A DNA stretch of 64,000 nt. Origin: an uncultured Desulfobacteraceae bacterium. GTDB lineage: Bacteria; Desulfobacterota; Desulfobacteria; Desulfobacterales; JALSRD01. A program made the position numbers and the translations under genes. The notes under the pieces are model-generated. The model was not told the DNA's origin. It worked only from the letters and a program-made list of their open reading frames with translations, and did no database searches. Each line of letters opens with the position of its first letter. Position 1 is the first letter of the stretch. The DNA lies in contig CAYUAQ010000004.1 of assembly GCA_964442705.1 (NCBI GenBank), forward strand, positions 4,512 to 68,511, given 5' to 3'. Positions 8,201 to 17,242 of this stretch are shown here, piece after piece.

Positions 8201-9625
8201 TCATGCCCTGCGCGCCCGTTGCACATACGCCTTGAGTTCGGCGTCCAGGGCTGGATCGAGCATGGTTTCCGGAACTTGGGACAGGATTTCTTTGTAGCGG
8301 CGGTTGGCCCGCGAGAGGGCATCCTGGCGGCCCTCTTTTTCCCAGGTGCCGAAGGGTTCCCACACCGACACGCTGGGCGCCCAGAAATCCCGGGCGTGGG
8401 CGAAGGTGCTGTCGTGCAGCAGGTAGTCGCCGCCGTGGCCCACCTCCTGGATGATGTCCAGCGACAGGGCTTCGGGAGAAAATTCCAGCCCCCGGCTGAT
8501 GCGCATCACCCGGCTGATGAGCTCCTCGTCGATGACGAATTTCTCGTAGGAGGTGCACATGATGGAGTCCAACACCCCCAGGCACTCGTGGATGATGTGC
8601 GCGCCCGAGAGCATGCCCATCATCAGGTTCTGCATGGTCTCGTAGCCGGCCTGGCAGTCCACCTGCTTGGCATCGGTCATGCCGCACATGGTGCGGGTGG
8701 GCAGATGGTACAGGTTCAGGGCCAGCTGCAGGTTGGCGGTGTTGATGAGAAAGGCCTCGGGCGGCCCGGTGACGTAGCTGGCGATCTTCATGTTGGCGGT
8801 CGTGGAAGCCGGGCTGTAGACCACGGGGTTTCCCGGGGTGATGAGCTGTATCAGGGTCAGGCCGGCCAGGATCTCGGCGTTTTGTTGTACCACCACCCCC
8901 AGGGGGTTGATGGGGCCGGAAACCCCGGCCATGACACAAGCCAACACCAACACGGGCTGGTGCCGCCGGGCAAAGGCGATCATGGTTTCGGCGGCATCGG
9001 TGGAAAACTTCAGCGGGCTCAAGGGGTTGATACTGACAGCCACGGCGTAGTGGTCTTCGAGATAATTTTTTCCTCCCATGGCGATTTCCACCATGTCCAT
9101 CATCTGATTTACCTGGGGCGCATAGCCGCAATAGCTGATGATGGGCTTGTCGGTGTGTTTGAGAATGGTGTAGGTCACATGCAGGTGTTTATCTTCCGGG
9201 GTTACGTCCCGAGGTTCCACCGGAAAAGAGCCTACCAGCGAGACCACATCACTGGCCTGGCAAAGCTTCTGGATGTTGGCAAAATCGTCCAGAAGTGCCG
9301 GCCGTCGTCCCTGATCTTCGTTCTGGATATCAACCACCCCCCCGTTGGGCTGCACTGCAAACCCTTCACCCAGGGTGACCGAGCGCTCGCGGTTGCGGGC
9401 CTCCCAGCGAAAAGTGGGTGGTGTCTGCTCGATGGCCTTTTCCACCATTTTGGCATCGAGGTAGACCGTTTCGCCCTCGACCCGGGCGCCGTGCTGTTTG
9501 AAGATACCCAGGGCCTCCGGGCACTTGAAGACAACGCCGGTTTCTTTCAGGATTTTAAGGGATGCCTCGTGAACCCGGGTCAGGTTCTCCGGCGACAGGA
9601 TTTGCAGTTTCGTGTGTAAAGCCAT
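8201..9625 (-). CDS. MttB-superfamily (trimethylamine methyltransferase-like) protein, non-pyrrolysine member
   Basis: Full-length alignment by eye with Methanosarcina MttB. The segment LPTRTMCGMTDAKQVDCQAGYE aligns with LPSYVAGSOSDAKVPDDQAGHE, so the Pyl position is ATG (Met316, nt 8678-8680). The ORF has no internal stop. Confidence 0.85.
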   Translation of the reverse strand: MALHTKLQILSPENLTRVHEASLKILKETGVVFKCPEALGIFKQHGARVEGETVYLDAKMVEKAIEQTPPTFRWEARNRERSVTLGEGFAVQPNGGVVDIQNEDQGRRPALLDDFANIQKLCQASDVVSLVGSFPVEPRDVTPEDKHLHVTYTILKHTDKPIISYCGYAPQVNQMMDMVEIAMGGKNYLEDHYAVAVSINPLSPLKFSTDAAETMIAFARRHQPVLVLACVMAGVSGPINPLGVVVQQNAEILAGLTLIQLITPGNPVVYSPASTTANMKIASYVTGPPEAFLINTANLQLALNLYHLPTRTMCGMTDAKQVDCQAGYETMQNLMMGMLSGAHIIHECLGVLDSIMCTSYEKFVIDEELISRVMRISRGLEFSPEALSLDIIQEVGHGGDYLLHDSTFAHARDFWAPSVSVWEPFGTWEKEGRQDALSRANRRYKEILSQVPETMLDPALDAELKAYVQRARRA

Positions 9626-9728
9626 GACAGGAACCTTTCATAGATAATGGTATCCGGGAAAAAGGCCAGCGCCTCCAATGTTCTGGATGACATTCAGGAA
9701 CGGAACTTGTTTGTGATGGGCAGCGTGT

Positions 9729-10334
9729 CTATTTCTCGATGGGGGTGGCGGGCAGCGCCTTAACCTCTTTTTTCGTCAGTTTCAGCTGAATAACCTCTTC
9801 GTCGAAGGTTTCGATAGCCTCGATGGGGATAGAAACCTGTTTTTTGTCCCAGGGCAGGCCTTCACGGATCACCAGGTGGGTGATCTGCCAGCTCTCCGGG
9901 TTTACAAAAAATTCATCCACCTGGCCGATTCGTCCGTCCCGGGCCCTCACCCGGGTACCCGTGGACAGGGCCGTCTGCAGGGATGAGATCTGGCGTCGCC
10001 GCTCCGAGACGACTTTCTTTATTTCCACCATCTGCGGCCACAGCTCGGTGATTTTGGGATCGGCAGCAAACTGGCGGATCTTCTGCCGGGTGTGATCGGT
10101 CTGCTCGAAAAGATCCAGGTTGCGGACTTCCCTTTTGGTGCGGTTCAGCAGAATCAGTTCCGGCGTGGTCTCCTTGATCCAGCGGGCCGGTACGAGATAC
10201 TTGTTGCGCGGCGGGCGGTCGCTCTTTACCACCACGTGGGAAACCGTCTCGGTGCGGGAGTTGATAATGATGTGGGTGGATTTCCCGAATCGTCCGTCGG
10301 TGCAGTGTACGTAGGCGCTGAAGGGGTATTTCAC
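9729..10334 (-). CDS. PRC-barrel domain protein (two barrels)
   Basis: Two repeats of the PRC-barrel pattern: ..HCTDGRFGKSTHIIINSRTETVSHVVV.. and ..VRARDGRIGQVDEFFVNPESWQITHLVI... Confidence 0.55.
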   Translation of the reverse strand: MKYPFSAYVHCTDGRFGKSTHIIINSRTETVSHVVVKSDRPPRNKYLVPARWIKETTPELILLNRTKREVRNLDLFEQTDHTRQKIRQFAADPKITELWPQMVEIKKVVSERRRQISSLQTALSTGTRVRARDGRIGQVDEFFVNPESWQITHLVIREGLPWDKKQVSIPIEAIETFDEEVIQLKLTKKEVKALPATPIEK

Positions 10335-10351
10335 GGCCGCCTCCTTTTGGT

Positions 10352-11389
10352 CTAGTTTACGGCGATTTTGCTGCCGCCCCGGTCGTCGGCCAGGTGGCAG
10401 GCCACGTGATGGTCGGGCAGCACCTCCCGGTAGGCGGGCGGCGCTTCTTCGCAGATGTCCCGGGCCAGGGGGCAGCGCGTGTGAAACACGCAGCCGGCCG
10501 GGGGGTTGGCCGGGCTGGGCACTTCGCCCTCCAGGGGAATACGCTTTCGCCGGCGCTCCAGCCGCGGTTCGGGGATAGGCACGGCGGACATCAGGGATTG
10601 GGTGTAGGGGTGCAGCGGGTCGTGGAACAGCTTGTCGCGCCGGGTCAGTTCCACCAGGTTTCCCAGGTACATGACGGCCACCCGGTGGGAAATGTGCTGC
10701 ACCATGCTCAGGTCGTGGGCGATGAACATGTAGGTCAGCCCCAGCTGCTTCTGCAGGTCCTCGAACAGGTTGACCACCTGGGCCTGGATGGATACGTCCA
10801 GCGCCGAAATGGGTTCGTCGCAGACCACGAAATCCGGGTTCAGGGCCAAGGCCCGGGCGATGTTGATGCGCTGGCGCTGGCCACCGGAAAACTCGTGGGG
10901 AAAGCGCACCATGTGGGAGGCCTGGAGCCCCACCAGTTCCAGCAGTTCCACGACGCGGTCGCGAATCTTGTCGGCCGGCATGGTGCCCTGGACCACCAGC
11001 GGTTCGGCAATGATTTTGCGGACCGAGTGACGCGGGTTGAGCGAATCGTAGGAGTCCTGGAAGATCATCTGCATGCGCGGCCGCAGCCGGCGGATTTCCG
11101 CCGCTGGAAGCGCCGTGAGTTCTATATCTTCCAAAAAGACCTTGCCGGAAGTCGGCTTCTGCAGCTGCAGTACCGCCCGCCCCGTGGTGGACTTGCCGCA
11201 GCCGCTTTCGCCCACCACTCCCAGGGTTTCCCCGCGCCGGATTTCGAAGGAGACGTCATCCACGGCTTTGACGTTGCCCACCAGGCGGCTGATGATGGCC
11301 CCCTTGCGAATGGGGAAATATTTTTTCAGATGCTCTACCCGCAGGAGAACACCGTCGCCGTCGGCCTCATGGGGTCTGTGCTCAGACAT
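10352..11389 (-). CDS. ABC transporter ATP-binding protein (Opp/Dpp F-type)
   Basis: Walker A GESGCGKST, signature FSGGQRQR, Walker B VVCDEP and a C-terminal oligopeptide-type extension. ATG 11389 overlaps the upstream stop by 8 nt. Confidence 0.85.
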   Translation of the reverse strand: MSEHRPHEADGDGVLLRVEHLKKYFPIRKGAIISRLVGNVKAVDDVSFEIRRGETLGVVGESGCGKSTTGRAVLQLQKPTSGKVFLEDIELTALPAAEIRRLRPRMQMIFQDSYDSLNPRHSVRKIIAEPLVVQGTMPADKIRDRVVELLELVGLQASHMVRFPHEFSGGQRQRINIARALALNPDFVVCDEPISALDVSIQAQVVNLFEDLQKQLGLTYMFIAHDLSMVQHISHRVAVMYLGNLVELTRRDKLFHDPLHPYTQSLMSAVPIPEPRLERRRKRIPLEGEVPSPANPPAGCVFHTRCPLARDICEEAPPAYREVLPDHHVACHLADDRGGSKIAVN

Positions 11390-12389
11390 TTTCTCTGGGT
11401 TTCTCCTCGTTGACATCGTAAAAGCAGGTGATCTGGTGTTGTTCCCCCACCGACACCTGCGGCGGCACTTCGTGCCAACAGCGCTCGAAAGCGTGGGGGC
11501 AGCGCCACACAAACTGGCAATGCGCCGGCGGGGCCATCAAGTCCGGAGGGGAGCCCTCGATGCTGACCAGGCGCTTGCTGCCGGCGGCGTCCAGCCGCGG
11601 CAGGGCTTCCAGAAGGCCGATGGTGTAGGGGTGGCAGGGGTGGTCGTAAAGGTCGTCCACCGGTGCGATCTCCACCGGCCGGCCGGCATACATCACCAGG
11701 ACCCGGTCGGCGATGCCGGCCACCACGCCCAGGTCGTGGGTGATCCAGATGACGGCGACGTTCAGTTCCTTTTGCAGCTTCTGGGTCAGTTCCACGATCT
11801 GGGCCTGCACGGTGACGTCCAGGGCCGTGGTGGGCTCGTCGGCGATGACGATCTTGGGGTTGCAGGCCATGGCCACGGCGATCATGACCCGCTGGCGCAT
11901 ACCGCCGGAAAACTGGTGGGGGTAATTGCGGTAGCGCTGTTTGGCGCCCGGAATGCCCACCCGCTCCAGCAGTTCTATCACCCGCCGGTGGCAGGCGTCC
12001 TGTCCCAGATCCAGATGCCGGGTGAGTGACTCGGCGATCTGCTGCCCCACCGTCATCACCGGGTTCAGGGCGCTCAAGGCGTCTTGAAAGATGAAGCCGA
12101 TCTTGCCCCCGCGCACCTTGGATATTTCGGCCTTGCTCAGTTTCAGTAGGTCGATGGTCCCGTCCTCATCATAGAAAAGGGCCTGGCCGCCCTCGATGCG
12201 TGCCGGCGGCATGGGCAGCAGGTGCAGCAGGGACATCATGGTCACACTTTTACCGCTGCCGCTCTCGCCCACGATGGCCAGGGTCTCGCCGGCTTCCAGA
12301 TCGAAGGTGACGCCGTTCAAGGCGTGGACGACACCGTCGAAGGTGTAAAAGCGGGTGACCAGATCAGTAACTTCCAGGATTGTGGGCAT
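11382..12389 (-). CDS. ABC transporter ATP-binding protein (Opp/Dpp D-type)
   Basis: Walker A GESGSGKS, signature FSGGMRQR, Walker B IIADEPTTALD. Confidence 0.85.
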   Translation of the reverse strand: MPTILEVTDLVTRFYTFDGVVHALNGVTFDLEAGETLAIVGESGSGKSVTMMSLLHLLPMPPARIEGGQALFYDEDGTIDLLKLSKAEISKVRGGKIGFIFQDALSALNPVMTVGQQIAESLTRHLDLGQDACHRRVIELLERVGIPGAKQRYRNYPHQFSGGMRQRVMIAVAMACNPKIVIADEPTTALDVTVQAQIVELTQKLQKELNVAVIWITHDLGVVAGIADRVLVMYAGRPVEIAPVDDLYDHPCHPYTIGLLEALPRLDAAGSKRLVSIEGSPPDLMAPPAHCQFVWRCPHAFERCWHEVPPQVSVGEQHQITCFYDVNEEKPRENV

Positions 12390-12405
12390 GGCGGTTCCTC
12401 GTGCG

Positions 12406-13338
12406 TTATCGTTTCATTCTCCGCATGCGGGGATCCAGGGCATCCCGCAGCCAGTCGCCGAACAGGTTCATGCCCAGGCCGGTGAACACGATGGCCAGCC
12501 CCGGGAACGTGGCGATCCAGGGATAGATGGTCAGATACTTGCGACCGGTGGCCAGCATGTTGCCCCAACTGGGCACGCTGGGCGGCACGCTCAAGCCCAG
12601 GAAGCCCAGGCCGGCTTCGTAGAAAATCATGGCGGACATCTCGAAGGTGGCGATGGTGATCAGGGGGCCCAGCAGGTTGGGCAGGATGTGGTCGAAAATG
12701 ATGCGCAGTTTTCCGGCCCCGATGCTCCTGGCGGATTCCACGAACCCGGATTCGCGCAGCCGCAGCACCTCTCCCCGCGTGATGCGGACGAAAATGGGGA
12801 TATCGGTGAAGCCGAAAATCAGGATGACGTTGAGCAGGCTTCTCCCCAGGATGGCGGCGATAAAGACGACAAATACCAGATACGGCAGGGCCAGAATCAG
12901 GTTGACCCCACCCATGATGATGTTGTCCGTACGACCCCCGGCGTACCCGGCCACCAGTCCGATGATCAGCCCCAGGGAGCCGGCGATGAGCACGCCGAAA
13001 AACCCCACCGTGAGCGACACCCGGCTGCCGTAAATGATGCGGCTGAGCAGATCGCGGCCCAGGTTGTCGGTGCCCAGGGGATGGGAGATGTCCCCCTTGG
13101 CGGCCCATATGGGCGGGCGTTTGGCGGCACGCAGGTCCTGCTTCAGCGGCGGGTGCGGTGCGATCCAGGGGGCCAGCAAGGCGCTGGCCACCACCATGAG
13201 GAACATGATCAGGCCCAGCAGCCCGGGCTTGTCGCGCCAGAGCAGCCGGCCCACGTAGCCCAACTTCGGTCCTATGCCCTGCTCGGCCTCCTGGTCCACC
13301 AGCAGGCCGGTTTCTTTGGTTTCCACCGCATCTGCCAT
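12406..13338 (-). CDS. ABC transporter permease (DppC/OppC-type)
   Basis: Multi-TM protein with the BPD-transporter EAA-like loop (ESARSIGAGKLRIIFDHILPN). Confidence 0.85.
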   Translation of the reverse strand: MADAVETKETGLLVDQEAEQGIGPKLGYVGRLLWRDKPGLLGLIMFLMVVASALLAPWIAPHPPLKQDLRAAKRPPIWAAKGDISHPLGTDNLGRDLLSRIIYGSRVSLTVGFFGVLIAGSLGLIIGLVAGYAGGRTDNIIMGGVNLILALPYLVFVVFIAAILGRSLLNVILIFGFTDIPIFVRITRGEVLRLRESGFVESARSIGAGKLRIIFDHILPNLLGPLITIATFEMSAMIFYEAGLGFLGLSVPPSVPSWGNMLATGRKYLTIYPWIATFPGLAIVFTGLGMNLFGDWLRDALDPRMRRMKR

Positions 13339-13342
13339 GGGT

Positions 13343-14290
13343 CTAATCTCCGTATCTGATTCTAGGGTCCGCCAGGCCGTAAGCGATATCCGTCAACAGG
13401 TTGAGGACCACCACCACCAGGCTGGTGAAAAACGCAATGGCCTGCACCAGGGCGAAATCCCGGTTGCCGATGGACTCGGCCAGCAGATTTCCCAGGCCGG
13501 GCCACGAGCAGATGGTCTCGATGTAGATGGAACCGCTGAGCAGGTACCCGAACTGCACGCCGATGATGCTGATCAGGGGAATGGCGGCGTTTCGCAGGAT
13601 GTGCCGGATGTAGATCTGCCGGTCGGACAATCCCTTGCTGTAAGCGGTGCGCACGAAGTCTTCGTTGCGGATCTCCATCACCGCCGAACGGGTGAAGCGC
13701 ACCAGCTGTCCCATGGTGAACAGGCCCAGGGCGAAGGCCGGCAGGATCACGGAGCGGGTGGGCAGGGTGATCCCCAGGAACTGCCAGGTTTCCCGGCCGA
13801 AAGCCGGCAACCACCCCAGCTTGACGGCAAAAATGATGATCAGGATAAGCGCCAGCCAGAAATTGGGGATGGTCTGCCCTATGAGCCCCGCGCCGCGGGC
13901 CAGGGAGTCCCAAACGCTGCGGGGGTTGGAGCCCCCCAGCAGACCCAGCGGTATGCCGATGAGCATGGCCATCACCAGCGCGGTGCTGGCCAGTTCCACC
14001 GTGGCCGGCAGCCGTTCGAGAATGAGATCCATGGCCGGCTGCTTGTGCCGCAGGGAATCGCCGAAATCACCGACCACGGCGCCGGCGATGAAGTCGCCGA
14101 ACTGCACGATCAGCGGGCGGTTGAAGCCCAGTTCTTCCCGCACGGCCTCGATCTCTTCGGGCGAAGCGTTGCGCGAAACCATCAGGGAAACCGGGTCTCC
14201 GGTGGCCTGCAGCATGAAAAAGATGATGAACAGGACGCCGAAGAGGATCAGGATCGACTGGAAAAGACGGGAGAGAATGTATCGTTGCAT
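13343..14290 (-). CDS. ABC transporter permease (DppB/OppB-type)
   Basis: MQRYILSRLFQSILILFGV N-terminus typical of DppB/OppB. EAA loop: RTAYSKGLSDRQIYIRHILRNA. Confidence 0.85.
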   Translation of the reverse strand: MQRYILSRLFQSILILFGVLFIIFFMLQATGDPVSLMVSRNASPEEIEAVREELGFNRPLIVQFGDFIAGAVVGDFGDSLRHKQPAMDLILERLPATVELASTALVMAMLIGIPLGLLGGSNPRSVWDSLARGAGLIGQTIPNFWLALILIIIFAVKLGWLPAFGRETWQFLGITLPTRSVILPAFALGLFTMGQLVRFTRSAVMEIRNEDFVRTAYSKGLSDRQIYIRHILRNAAIPLISIIGVQFGYLLSGSIYIETICSWPGLGNLLAESIGNRDFALVQAIAFFTSLVVVVLNLLTDIAYGLADPRIRYGD

Positions 14291-14418
14291 GGGTGCCGCC
14301 TTATCAGAAATTCTGGCCCGCCCCGGAAGGCACACGATGCCCGGGAGCGGGGGCAGGGTCTGGGAACCGCAGGGAAAGAGGTTCCGGGCGGCGCCTGTGG
14401 CGGCCGCCCGGGAAGTGG

Positions 14419-15945
14419 TTATTCCTCAATCCAGGTGTCTTTCAGGAAGTAATTTTCCGGCGGACGCGGCTTGTAATCTTTTACCTTGACGCTGATGGCT
14501 TCGAAGGCCACGGGTTGGTACAGATAGATGAACGGCGGGTTTTCGTACATGTAGCGCTGCAGTTCCACGTACAGCTTGGCGCGGGCCGCATCGTCCACGG
14601 TGGTGCCGATCCTCTTCAGGTAATCCAGGATTTTGGGGTCTTCCCAGGCCGAGAAGCTGGCGCTCTTGCCGCCCAGGGCGCCCTGCAGCCGGGGCAGTGA
14701 CTCGCCGCTGGACTCGGACCAGCTGTCGCCGAACATGGGCGGCAGCTCCTTCTTGGCCTCCAGGTCCCAGTACTTGCCGGACTCCATGATCTTGAGATCG
14801 GCCTCGACGCCGATATCCCCCAGGTAGCCCTGGATGGCCTGGCAGACCTGCTCGAAGTTGGTGTAGGCCCCGGCCGGGCAGGCGAAGTCGATCTTGAACC
14901 CCTTTTCGTATCCGGCTTTTTTCATCAGCTCTTTGGCCTTTTTAACGTCATAGCCGTAGGGCTTGAGGTCCTTGTCGTATCCCAGGTTTTTGTAGGTCAC
15001 AAAGCCCGTGAGGGGACGTCCGTGGCCCTCGAACAGGGCGTCCAGAATGGCATCCACGTCCACGGCGTAGTTCATGGCCAGGCGCACCTCCCGCTTTTCC
15101 ACCGGTGTTCCCTTGCCGCTGGTCATGTTGTTGAAGGCGATGTAGTACACGCGGTCCACCGGGTAGGTGATGACCTTGATGTTTTTGGCTCCTTTGAGCG
15201 TGTTGGCCTCTTCGGAGCTCAGGCGCCCCACGATGTCCACCTCGCCGGTTTTGATGGCCGCAACCCGGGTGGAGGATTCCGGGATGGGGCGGAAAACCAG
15301 CTTTTTTACCTTGGGCAGACCCTTTTCCCAGTAGTCGGGGTTGGCCTCGAAGACGATGCGGTCGCCCTTTTTCCACTCCACGAACTTAAAGGGTCCAGTG
15401 CCCACCGGGTGCTTGGCAAATCCCTTCTCGCCCACCTCGGCGATGTATTTGGGCGGCACCATGGCCCAGTAGTCGGCGATGACGCGCAGCAGAAGGGGGT
15501 TGGGGCCGTCGGTGGTCACCTTGACGGTGTAGTCGTCGACTTTTTCCACCGACTTGGCCATGGCCCATTTTTTCTTCCACTGCATCTTGTTGCCCTTGCC
15601 CCGTTTCCAGGAAAACACCACGGCATCGGCGGTAAAGGGTTCGCCGTTGTGGAACTTGACGCCCTTGCGGAGCTTGAAGGTAAAAGTCGTGCCGTCTTCG
15701 GAAGCCGTCCAGCTTTCGGCCAGTGCCGGTACCGGCTTGCCGGTGTCGTCCAGCCAGGTCAGTGAGTTGTACAGGTGCCATGCCGTGGTGGTGGCCTGCC
15801 GCTCGGCGGCCACCGGAACATCCAGCGAGTTGGGCATGGTCGCGATGGCCACCTTCAATGTCCCCTTGGGCTCTGCGGTTGCCACGGTCGACAGGAAACC
15901 GATCACTGTGAGTATGGCCAGGGCCACGGTCAACGTTTTTCTCAT
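14419..15945 (-). CDS. ABC transporter substrate-binding protein, family 5 (peptide/nickel/opine type)
   Basis: Signal peptide MRKTLTVALAILTVIGFLSTVATA followed by a typical SBP_bac_5 body (LVEWKKGDRIVFEANPDYW, YYIAFN). Confidence 0.85.
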   Translation of the reverse strand: MRKTLTVALAILTVIGFLSTVATAEPKGTLKVAIATMPNSLDVPVAAERQATTTAWHLYNSLTWLDDTGKPVPALAESWTASEDGTTFTFKLRKGVKFHNGEPFTADAVVFSWKRGKGNKMQWKKKWAMAKSVEKVDDYTVKVTTDGPNPLLLRVIADYWAMVPPKYIAEVGEKGFAKHPVGTGPFKFVEWKKGDRIVFEANPDYWEKGLPKVKKLVFRPIPESSTRVAAIKTGEVDIVGRLSSEEANTLKGAKNIKVITYPVDRVYYIAFNNMTSGKGTPVEKREVRLAMNYAVDVDAILDALFEGHGRPLTGFVTYKNLGYDKDLKPYGYDVKKAKELMKKAGYEKGFKIDFACPAGAYTNFEQVCQAIQGYLGDIGVEADLKIMESGKYWDLEAKKELPPMFGDSWSESSGESLPRLQGALGGKSASFSAWEDPKILDYLKRIGTTVDDAARAKLYVELQRYMYENPPFIYLYQPVAFEAISVKVKDYKPRPPENYFLKDTWIEE

Positions 15946-16259
15946 TGCTTCCTCCTTTCAGGTCGAGCTGTTTTGAGTGAACACTATTTATCAAATAGTG
16001 GCCCCTAACTGATATATCAACAGCCTTGGGGTGTCAAGAAATTACTAAGGTTTATGTGACACAATTAAGTTCAGGCGCTTCTCATTCAAAACGACAGGGC
16101 AAAGCCCCATGACCGGAAAACAGGCATAAAATCATATATCTCATTGAAATTTATGCCATTTAATTTGCGGTTGGTAGCATATTAGCTGCTGGTAAAGAAA
16201 AAGTGAATCAGTTGCGCATGTACGCGGTGGCAATACAGGCATTTTATCTAAAATATCAG

Positions 16260-16276
16260 AAGGGGTTCAGCCCCTT
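16260..16276 (-). terminator. Weak candidate intrinsic terminator after the GntR gene
   Basis: On the minus strand: AAGGGG-CTGAA-CCCCTT followed by CTGATATTTT. The U-tract is not contiguous with the stem. Confidence 0.3.
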
Positions 16277-16301
16277 TCCCACCGGCTGTACATGAAAGAT
16301 T

Positions 16302-17054
16302 TTACTGCTCGTCGCTGCTGCGATTCAGCTGCTCCTGGATTTCCCGGTTGCCCTGGGCATAAAATTCACGGATATACTGTTCGTGCGCTTCGAAAGACCA
16401 GTGGCTCTCGCGCCACAGGCGCGCCGCTTCTTCACGCCGTCCCTCGCGAATAAAGTGAATCAGCCGATCGTGCTCGTCGCAGTTGATCAGTTCCCACTGC
16501 CGGATATAACCGGGCCTGGGAAAGTCATACAGGCGCTGTTTGATCGGCAGGATGATTCTACGCAGCGATGTGTTGCTGGAAAGATTGAGGAAGACATCAT
16601 GAAAGGCGTTGTTGAGTTGATAATAACGGTAGTCGAATCCCCTGGTCTTCCGGGATCCCATTATTCTGCGCATATCGGCATTTATGCGCTCCATTTTCCG
16701 CAGGTCTTCAGGGGTGATCTTGTCGAAAACCGACAGTATGACCGCGCTCTCCAGCGCTCCCACTATTTCCAGGACGTTTTGTATTTCCTCCAGGGTCAGC
16801 CGGTTGACGATCACCCCGCGTCGGGGCAGAATCGTAACGAATCCCTCGCATTCCAGCTGGATGATGGCATCCCGCAGGGGCGTTCTGCTGATGCCCAGCT
16901 GGTTGCTGATATCGTTCAGCTTGATAAAGGTGCCGGGAACGAGTCGGCCGGCCTGCATTTCCCCCCGCAGGTATTCGTATACCTGTTCCCGCAGTGAACG
17001 GACTTCCAGCAGTCCGCCACCAGCGCCTGTCACAGTGGCGTCATTTGGTGTCAT
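16302..17054 (-). CDS. GntR-family transcriptional regulator with FCD ligand-binding domain
   Basis: N-terminal winged HTH (LNDISNQLGISRTPLRDAIIQLECEGFV) plus a C-terminal helical FCD-type domain. Confidence 0.8.
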   Translation of the reverse strand: MTPNDATVTGAGGGLLEVRSLREQVYEYLRGEMQAGRLVPGTFIKLNDISNQLGISRTPLRDAIIQLECEGFVTILPRRGVIVNRLTLEEIQNVLEIVGALESAVILSVFDKITPEDLRKMERINADMRRIMGSRKTRGFDYRYYQLNNAFHDVFLNLSSNTSLRRIILPIKQRLYDFPRPGYIRQWELINCDEHDRLIHFIREGRREEAARLWRESHWSFEAHEQYIREFYAQGNREIQEQLNRSSDEQ

Positions 17055-17242
17055 GGGGCATATCCGGCTGTCATTGGTCTATGGTCTGGGCGGTGCTTCG
17101 TATATTAACCTTGTATCACTGGTGCCTGTCAATAAGGAATAGGCGGTTGGTCAATGTCCACGGAAAAGCGACTTTTCAAGGAGGACATCCACATGATATG
17201 TTTTTCAGTGGAATCTGAAACAACGATTGGGGCGGCAATGCG

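Noticed and set aside
16172-16187. Sigma-54-like motif TGGTAGCATATTAGCT in the dppA/gntR intergenic region.
   Set aside because: It is on the plus strand, pointing away from the minus-strand genes it would have to serve. The next plus-strand gene is more than 1 kb away, across the GntR gene.
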